A stretch of 64,000 nucleotides of DNA from Rhodothermales bacterium (GTDB taxonomy: Bacteria; Bacteroidota; Rhodothermia; Rhodothermales; UBA10348), in the NCBI GenBank assembly GCA_965247125.1, contig CBDFGO010000002.1, positions 1,062,379 to 1,126,378 on the forward strand, written 5' to 3'. Under the pieces are notes generated by a model. That model made no database searches. It was not told where the DNA came from and saw nothing but the letters and a program-made list of their open reading frames with translations. The translations under genes were made by a program, and so were the position numbers. Below are positions 34,971-41,622 of this stretch, one piece after another. Each line of letters opens with the position of its first letter. The stretch's first letter is position 1.

Positions 34971-36422
34971 TCAGGAATCGATCAATTCACCATTGACGAC
35001 GACGCGCGCAGACTGGGCAGTCCACGCAGCAAAAGAGCCACTGACGAAAATCACGTCGTGCCCCAGTCTGGCAAGTAGAGAGCTCGCAATCGCTGCGCGA
35101 CCACCGCCCGCACAGTGGACCAGCTTAGTTCCTGGGGGAATTTCGCCCTGACGGACATAGAGGCGGGTGTGCGCGATATTTTTCGAGTTCAGCATGTGAG
35201 CCGCTTGATATTCGGCCTGGTTTCGAACGTCGAGTACCACGACATCATTTTGAGTCTCGATAATTTTATCGACCTGCTCAAAGCCGATTTCCGTAATACC
35301 AGCCATTTCGGCCCCGTTGGCCGCGTATGATTCCAACACGTCAGGCGAAGCAAAGCCCTCGATGCTGTCGAGTCCGATGCGAATCAGGTCTCGGACAGCC
35401 TCTTCCACGTGCTCTTCCTCGATAATAATATAGATGGGCACATTCTCTTCGACGATCGACCCGGCAGTGGTATTGAAGGATTTGTTGAAGGGAGCATACA
35501 GAGAGCCCGGAAGGTGAGAAGCCATGTAAGCCGAGCGATCGAGTCGCGTATCAAGAACAACCACGTCAGTTTTTCCCGCAAGATTCGCCAGGTCCTGTTC
35601 AGTCAGGGATCGCGGTTCAGGGAGATTGCCCAGAACTCTTGGTCCACTTCTGTTTTCGCGTTTCATTCGGGCGAAATACATGGGAGGTTCCGGCTGACCA
35701 TCGAGAATGGCGGAAATAAATTCGGCCTCTCCCCGGATAGCAGACCCGATGGCTCCGTTGAACGCTCGTTCGTATCCGACGGTGGACTGAGGAATGGCAC
35801 CGAGGGCCTTGCCGCACGAACTTCCGGCACCGTGCGCCGGCCAGACTTGAAGAAAGTCATCCAACCGCAGGAAGTCCTGAACGGATTGATAGAGCGCACG
35901 TGCTGACACGTCCGCTGCGCCTTCGATTCCTGCGGCCGACTCCAGCAGGTCGGGTCGACCAAGATCGCCGACGAACACAAAATCACCGGTCAAGATTCCC
36001 ATGGGTTGGTCGGCTCCACCCCCAAGATCAGTAACCAGGAAGGAAACATGTTCGGGCGTGTGACCCGGGGAATGGATCGTCGTAAACTTGATGTTGCCGA
36101 CATTGAAAGAGTCTCCATGGGTCAGCAATGTGTACGAGTACGAAGAATCGAGGAGCCAATCATATTTCCAGTCAGCGTCTCCTTCGTCAGAGGCATAAAC
36201 ATGAACGCTGGTTTCTGCAAATTCCCGTAGTCCTGTCAGGTAATCTGCATGAATGTGCGTATCCGCCGTGGCGACAATTTTCAAGCCTTCCTGTTTTGCA
36301 ATCGCGACGTATCTATCGATATCTCGTTCAGGATCTATAATGATCGCATCACCGGTGGCCTGGCAGCCAATCAGGTAGGCATATTGCGCGAGCTTTTGAT
36401 CCCAGATCTGTCTGAAGAGCAT
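34971..36422 (-). CDS. MBL-fold persulfide-dioxygenase-like protein fused to two rhodanese domains (CstB-like architecture)
   Basis: MBL motif ATADTHIHADYLTG and HSPGHTPEH. The first rhodanese-like domain lacks an active-site Cys. The second has the CxGGxR loop VHCAGGGRAAIAS. Confidence 0.75.
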   Translation of the reverse strand: MLFRQIWDQKLAQYAYLIGCQATGDAIIIDPERDIDRYVAIAKQEGLKIVATADTHIHADYLTGLREFAETSVHVYASDEGDADWKYDWLLDSSYSYTLLTHGDSFNVGNIKFTTIHSPGHTPEHVSFLVTDLGGGADQPMGILTGDFVFVGDLGRPDLLESAAGIEGAADVSARALYQSVQDFLRLDDFLQVWPAHGAGSSCGKALGAIPQSTVGYERAFNGAIGSAIRGEAEFISAILDGQPEPPMYFARMKRENRSGPRVLGNLPEPRSLTEQDLANLAGKTDVVVLDTRLDRSAYMASHLPGSLYAPFNKSFNTTAGSIVEENVPIYIIIEEEHVEEAVRDLIRIGLDSIEGFASPDVLESYAANGAEMAGITEIGFEQVDKIIETQNDVVVLDVRNQAEYQAAHMLNSKNIAHTRLYVRQGEIPPGTKLVHCAGGGRAAIASSLLARLGHDVIFVSGSFAAWTAQSARVVVNGELIDS

Positions 36423-36468
36423 TTTCGGTGGGCCTGTTTACTTACGAATAATTCTGGTGGTTTTCCGG

Positions 36469-36909
36469 TCAGTGGGGCAGGCGGGGTCGCAAAACGCCAT
36501 AGGCAAATGTGCCTGCAACGGCGGCAGTAATCGTCACCAGCATCACCGAGACGCCGTTGCCTACTAACGCGAACAGGGGTCCGGGGCACGCTCCTGTCAG
36601 TGCCCATCCGAGGCCAAAAACCGTACCACCGGCCCAGTAACGCGTTCCGGAACCCATCTCCTTGGGTGGTATAACGATTTCAGAACCGCCCGGTGCCCGT
36701 ATCTTCCATTTCTTGATGATCTGTATGGAAATCGCTCCCACCGCTACGGCACTGCCGATGATTCCAAACATGTGAAATGCCTGAAATCGAAACATTTCCT
36801 GTATGCGATACCAGGAAATAACCTCTGACTTCGAGAACACAATACCGAGGTAAATCCCGATCAGCAGATAGGGGATGAGCCGCGAAACGCCTGTGTTGGA
36901 TGTTGACAT
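36469..36909 (-). CDS. YeeE/YedE-family sulfur-compound transport protein (half-size, second of a pair)
   Basis: ATG 36909 (MSTSNTGVSRLIPYLLIGIYLG...) lies 8 nt after the stop of the upstream half. The protein has 4 hydrophobic helices and the motif GWALTGACPGP. The ORF extension to 37128 overlaps the neighbouring gene and is rejected. Confidence 0.7.
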   Translation of the reverse strand: MSTSNTGVSRLIPYLLIGIYLGIVFSKSEVISWYRIQEMFRFQAFHMFGIIGSAVAVGAISIQIIKKWKIRAPGGSEIVIPPKEMGSGTRYWAGGTVFGLGWALTGACPGPLFALVGNGVSVMLVTITAAVAGTFAYGVLRPRLPH

Positions 36910-36917
36910 TGTAACTC

Positions 36918-37529
36918 CTACAGGACGAGTGGAAGGATGACGAATGAGGCTATGAGGCCTCCGGCGAAAAAGCCGAGCACTGCGATGAGTGACGGGAGCT
37001 GAAGGTCTGCGAGGCCGCTGATCGCGTGTCCAGACGTGCAGCCCCCCGCCCAACGGGATCCGAATCCAACAAGAAAACCACCGACTACGATCAGAATCAT
37101 TCCCGGTCCGCTTAACAATCCCTCCCACGAGAAGTACTGGAAGGGCACGAGTCCCGCGAACTCAGTGATTCCAAGCAAGGCCAGGTCTGACCGGGTGGCT
37201 TCCGATATGCCGATCGGATCGGGATTGTAGAGAAACGTAACACTGATCCACCCCCCAATCAGTACACCCGTTATCAGGACGAGATTCCACACCCCTGATT
37301 TCCAGTCGTATCGGAAAAACTCTACTTTCGTATCGAAAATCGAGCAAATGTGTCGCAGGTTGGCCGAAACACCAAACTGTTTTCCTCCAATGAGAAGCAG
37401 CATCGGGACGATGAGGCCAATCAGCGGATCGGCAACATACCAGGGCCAGGGTTGGGACAAGAAATCAATCATATGCGTGTATCTGTCTGGTGCGACCGGC
37501 GGCGTCATGTCCGCCGGAAGGAACGCCAA
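36918..37529 (-). CDS. YeeE/YedE-family sulfur-compound transport protein (half-size, first of a pair)
   Basis: Motif GSRWAGGCTSGHAISG with multiple TM helices. An alternative start at ATG 37472 (MIDFLSQPWPWY) is plausible. Confidence 0.75.
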   Translation of the reverse strand: MAFLPADMTPPVAPDRYTHMIDFLSQPWPWYVADPLIGLIVPMLLLIGGKQFGVSANLRHICSIFDTKVEFFRYDWKSGVWNLVLITGVLIGGWISVTFLYNPDPIGISEATRSDLALLGITEFAGLVPFQYFSWEGLLSGPGMILIVVGGFLVGFGSRWAGGCTSGHAISGLADLQLPSLIAVLGFFAGGLIASFVILPLVL

Positions 37530-37576
37530 GAAGGATAGAACTTAAATTTGGGATAACCGGGACATCCTTATCCAGG

Positions 37577-39325
37577 TCATCCGGTTGTCATTTTTGATGG
37601 TCGAATATCCTTTGCCTGGAGTTGCAGGCTTGTCCGACCATTCCAGGTATTTTCCTCAATGGAATACAAAAGGTCAAGCGGCGTGCCCGATTCTTGGCTG
37701 TCTGCGACAATCTCCAGATGTTTGCCCATTCCAAATCCTATTACGTTTCGGACAGGGTGAGACCCGGAACCGGATCTGACGGCAAACTTCAGGTGGTTTC
37801 GATCCCTTCCGACTGTCGCGACCGGCCCTATCACTTCAAGATTTGTGGACAGGAAAATCGGAGCCTCGTTATCCACTCCGAAGGGTTCAAATTGCTTCAG
37901 AACGGCCCAGAATCGTTTATCCAGATCCTGGAGATTCATTTCTGCGTCGACTTCGACCACAGGCTCGAGAATATCCGGCGTCACCGCAGCGGCCACTGCT
38001 TCGTCGAATTTGATTGAAAAGGCCTCCACGTCTTCGGATCGGAGTGAAAGTCCAGCGGCAAAGTTATGTCCCCCGAATTCGATGAGCAGATCTGCGCAGC
38101 TTTCCAGTGCTTCATACACATTGATTCCGTTGATTGATCGCGCACTGCCCTTGACCACATCTCCACTTTTGGTCAACATGATGGCCGGACGAAAATGCCG
38201 TTCCACAAGGCGGCTGGCAACGATGCCAATGACGCCCAGGTGCCAGGTGGGGTGGTACAGCACGACGGTATGCCGTTGCGGCCCAGAAAGGAGTCTGTCA
38301 GCCATTAAGAACGCTTCTTCCTGGGTTGCGCGGTCAAGGGCGCGCCGTTCGTCGTTCAGGCGTTCGAGCTGCCGAGCTCGCGCGACCGCTTCCAGTTCGT
38401 CATTGGCCAGCATCAAAGTCACGGCGCGCCCTGCATCACCCAGTCTTCCCGCCGCGTTGATCCTGGGACCCAGGGCGAAGGAAATGGATCGCGGAGAGCA
38501 CTCGCTCATTCTCACGCCCGCCTGCTCCGCCAACATTTTCAGGCCAATTCGAGGATTTTCGCGCAACGACTGGAGGCCTGCCCGGAGTAGGATTCGATTC
38601 TCGCCCGTGAGCGAAACCATGTCGCTGGCGGTGGCTATGGCGACGAGGTCCAGGTATTCGTACAACTCTTCAGGATCGTGACCAAGTCGTTGGTGGATCG
38701 CCTGGGCGAGTTTCATGGTTACGCCACATCCGCACAATTCCTTGAACGGGTAACAGCAATCAGAACGCTTGGAATCCAGAACCGCGACCACATCGGGTAG
38801 TGACTTCTGTGGCGTATGATGGTCACAAATTACCAGGTCAATGCCCAGTGATCCGGCATATTTGGACTCGTCAATGGCGGTGACTCCGCAGTCAAGGGCG
38901 ACCACAACGGTGGCTCCCTCGGCTTGAGCAAGGGTAAGACCCTCCCTACTCAGTCCGTATCCGTGCTTGAATCGATCTGGGACGAAGAAACACACATTCG
39001 CGCCTTGTCCTTCGAGATAATGAGTCAATAGTGCAGTAGATGTTGTGCCATCAACGTCATAATCACCGTAAACGAGGATCTTCTCGCCATCTTTGATGGC
39101 GCGCACGATTCGATCGACGGCAAGCTCCATATCCGCCATCATAAAGGGATCGTGAAGCTGATCAGTTCCCGACCGGAAAAACACCCTGGCAGCTTCAAAC
39201 GAGTCGATTCCACGCAAGATGAGCGCTCGCACGAGCGGTTCTGGCAAATCGTTCAGAACGCCCTGCAATTCATCGACGAGTCCTTCGTTGTCAAGACTTT
39301 TTATTCGCCAGAGCTTTTTAGTCAC
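37577..39325 (-). CDS. recJ: Single-stranded-DNA-specific exonuclease RecJ
   Basis: 582 aa. DHH-family motifs ILVYGDYDVDGTTS, VVALDCG and ICDHHTP, plus a DHHA1 region GGHNFAAG. Confidence 0.9.
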   Translation of the reverse strand: MTKKLWRIKSLDNEGLVDELQGVLNDLPEPLVRALILRGIDSFEAARVFFRSGTDQLHDPFMMADMELAVDRIVRAIKDGEKILVYGDYDVDGTTSTALLTHYLEGQGANVCFFVPDRFKHGYGLSREGLTLAQAEGATVVVALDCGVTAIDESKYAGSLGIDLVICDHHTPQKSLPDVVAVLDSKRSDCCYPFKELCGCGVTMKLAQAIHQRLGHDPEELYEYLDLVAIATASDMVSLTGENRILLRAGLQSLRENPRIGLKMLAEQAGVRMSECSPRSISFALGPRINAAGRLGDAGRAVTLMLANDELEAVARARQLERLNDERRALDRATQEEAFLMADRLLSGPQRHTVVLYHPTWHLGVIGIVASRLVERHFRPAIMLTKSGDVVKGSARSINGINVYEALESCADLLIEFGGHNFAAGLSLRSEDVEAFSIKFDEAVAAAVTPDILEPVVEVDAEMNLQDLDKRFWAVLKQFEPFGVDNEAPIFLSTNLEVIGPVATVGRDRNHLKFAVRSGSGSHPVRNVIGFGMGKHLEIVADSQESGTPLDLLYSIEENTWNGRTSLQLQAKDIRPSKMTTG

Positions 39326-39411
39326 AAACCAATCTCCGTTTCGAGCAAATATACATCCAATAAAAACGGTGGTGAGACATTACGCGATCAGATAATTGAC
39401 CGATACCAGAC

Positions 39412-41553
39412 TTGGCGAATCAAGGATATGGTGTAAACCAGAGAATGCGTTATAAACCGACCATCTATAGAAACTCGTGGGCGATGGTAGTGATAGCACT
39501 CGTGCTTGTCGCTACGTCTTACGTAATGATGTTCGCCTCGCCTCGCCACCTGGTTTCCAGCAAAGTAGAGATCATTGAGCGCCGCGCAGAAAGTCTGGTG
39601 GTTGCCCTGAGCAGAGAGCTTCAAGATGCCCAGATGGATTCGACGAGCCTGGTAAACACCCTTTCCGCCGCCAGAATGATCGATGACCTGGCATATCTCC
39701 TCATCACGGACGAAGAAGGGCGGGTCCTAAGTGCTCTCAATGAGGTCGGTGCGAGAAGGATCGGATATTATACTTTCGAGAACTATACACCAAAAGGTGG
39801 TGAGGCCTGGGTTGTCAAAACATCGCGTCAGATCGACGATGATGACCCTTCCAGAGGCACATTATACATCGGGATTTCGCCATCTGGTCTACAGGAAGGA
39901 ATCCGGCTCGACAAGCAATATTTCTTGATGATGGGCTTCATTCTTTTTCTGATCGCCGCAGCCCTTCTCGCTTCCATTAATAGTGTCAAAGCGGTCGAAC
40001 AGACATCCGAAAAGATGCGTGAGGATCAGTTCGCCATGGCCATTCAAAAGGGATCGTTGGAAGACGAAGTCTTTTTGCACAGGAAGGCGGAAGAGACGCT
40101 CAAGCAGAGTGAGCAACGCTACAAAGATGTGCTGGAAAAAACCATGAAGTCCTCGTTCAAAGACCTGGAGAAACAGAAAGGAGCACTCGAAGTCGAGATA
40201 GAACAAAAAACAAACGCACAGCAAATTCTGAAGCGATACGCAGATAGATTGAGTTCGCTGAATGTGATAGAACGAGCCATCGTGGACGAACTATCGATCG
40301 AGCAGATTGCCCAATGTGCAATCGAGCAGATCGAAACACTCCTCGACGTGGATAGGGTATCTGTCGTCCAGATCGATGAGAATGGAGAGCAGGCCACAAT
40401 ACTTTACCAGTTGGGTTCGAACGGGGACAGTCCAGCTTCGGGATCTGCCGCTCCCATTTCAAACTTTCGATCCTTCGACAAGGGAATGTTTTCCATTTCA
40501 AATTTGAGCAAACAAAAAGACAGATCTCCCATCGAAGACGCATGGATGAGCTCGGGAATCAGAAGCTATTGTCAGGTGACGTTGACTGCCGGCGAAAGGG
40601 TAGCTGGCGCTTTGAATGTCGGCGGTCAGTCCTCTTTGGAGCTAAGTGAGGACGATCTTACAACCATTCAGGAAGTTGCAGACCTTCTGTCCATAGCTTT
40701 GAGACAACATCGCCACAAACTCGACCAAACCCGACACGAAAAAGAGTTGGTTGCGGAGCGGGACCGAGCCGAGGAAATGGCACGGCTAAAAACCGCGTTT
40801 CTGACCAACATGAGTCACGAAATTCGAACTCCATTGTCTGGTATCATCGGAATCGCTCAGGTGCTCCACGAGGAACTCCCATCTGAAAAACGCGAATTCA
40901 CCGGGTTGATACAGGATGCCGCTCAACGACTGTTGCTGACGATCAATTCGGTTCTGGATCTGTCCAAACTGGAAGCTAACAAAGAGTCCTTTTACTCGCA
41001 GAAACTGGACATATCCGAGGTGGTCCATGAGACCGTGAAGACCCTGCTTCCTCTTGCCGACAAGAAAGGACTGGAATTGAGTGTTCGGGCACCGGCTGAG
41101 ATTACTGCCATGCTGGACCGTAATGGTCTGGAGGCAATAATCAACAATCTGGTTGGAAACGCGATCAAATTTACCGACGCGGGGACTGTGTCCGTCTCGG
41201 TCAGCGCAAAAAAAGGAAAGGCGATCATTGAAGTGAAGGATTCTGGAGTTGGGATATCCGAAGAGTTTCTGCCGTTTATCTTCGACGAATTCAGACAGGA
41301 ACACGAGGGTCTTGATCATCGTCCGCATCAAGGGTCCGGTTCGGGGTTGGCCATCACTGCCCGCCTTGTCGAACGAATGGACGGAACGATAAAAGTGCAG
41401 AGCAAGCAGGGCGAGGGTTCCCCGTTTCGGGTTACGTTCGAAAGCCCGTCTTCATCTAGAGCGAGCGATCGAAGCAGTCGCGACGTGAACGGCACGGCTT
41501 CAAACAAATCTGCAGCCAGGAAGTCACGTTCAAAAGGCGCGACTTCTAGTTAA
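39412..41553 (+). CDS. Membrane sensor histidine kinase (extracytoplasmic region between 2 TM helices, coiled coil, GAF-like domain, HisKA, HATPase_c)
   Basis: TM helices WAMVVIALVLVATSYVMMF and YFLMMGFILFLIAAALLASI. H-box MSHEIRTPLSGIIG, then NLVGNAIKFT, DSGVGI and GSGSGLAI. The start may be the internal Met at ~39445. Confidence 0.85.
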   Translation: MANQGYGVNQRMRYKPTIYRNSWAMVVIALVLVATSYVMMFASPRHLVSSKVEIIERRAESLVVALSRELQDAQMDSTSLVNTLSAARMIDDLAYLLITDEEGRVLSALNEVGARRIGYYTFENYTPKGGEAWVVKTSRQIDDDDPSRGTLYIGISPSGLQEGIRLDKQYFLMMGFILFLIAAALLASINSVKAVEQTSEKMREDQFAMAIQKGSLEDEVFLHRKAEETLKQSEQRYKDVLEKTMKSSFKDLEKQKGALEVEIEQKTNAQQILKRYADRLSSLNVIERAIVDELSIEQIAQCAIEQIETLLDVDRVSVVQIDENGEQATILYQLGSNGDSPASGSAAPISNFRSFDKGMFSISNLSKQKDRSPIEDAWMSSGIRSYCQVTLTAGERVAGALNVGGQSSLELSEDDLTTIQEVADLLSIALRQHRHKLDQTRHEKELVAERDRAEEMARLKTAFLTNMSHEIRTPLSGIIGIAQVLHEELPSEKREFTGLIQDAAQRLLLTINSVLDLSKLEANKESFYSQKLDISEVVHETVKTLLPLADKKGLELSVRAPAEITAMLDRNGLEAIINNLVGNAIKFTDAGTVSVSVSAKKGKAIIEVKDSGVGISEEFLPFIFDEFRQEHEGLDHRPHQGSGSGLAITARLVERMDGTIKVQSKQGEGSPFRVTFESPSSSRASDRSSRDVNGTASNKSAARKSRSKGATSS

Positions 41554-41586
41554 ACACGGTGCCGCGTCTCTCGATAGCCATCTAAA

Positions 41587-41618
41587 CGCCCGATTTCTAC
41601 TTTCGAAGTAGCCGGGCG
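41587..41618. terminator. Two-part hairpin between convergent genes (candidate bidirectional terminator)
   Basis: CGCCCG-attt-CTACTT-tcg-AAGTAG-c-CGGGCG. It lies 5 nt after the minus-strand stop and 34 nt after the plus-strand stop. The U-tract is weak. Confidence 0.3.
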
Positions 41619-41622
41619 ATGA

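Noticed and set aside
37845-38681. 278-aa ORF on the plus strand
   Set aside because: It is antisense to recJ. Its translation is Ser/Arg/Ala-rich with no motifs. Shadow ORF.
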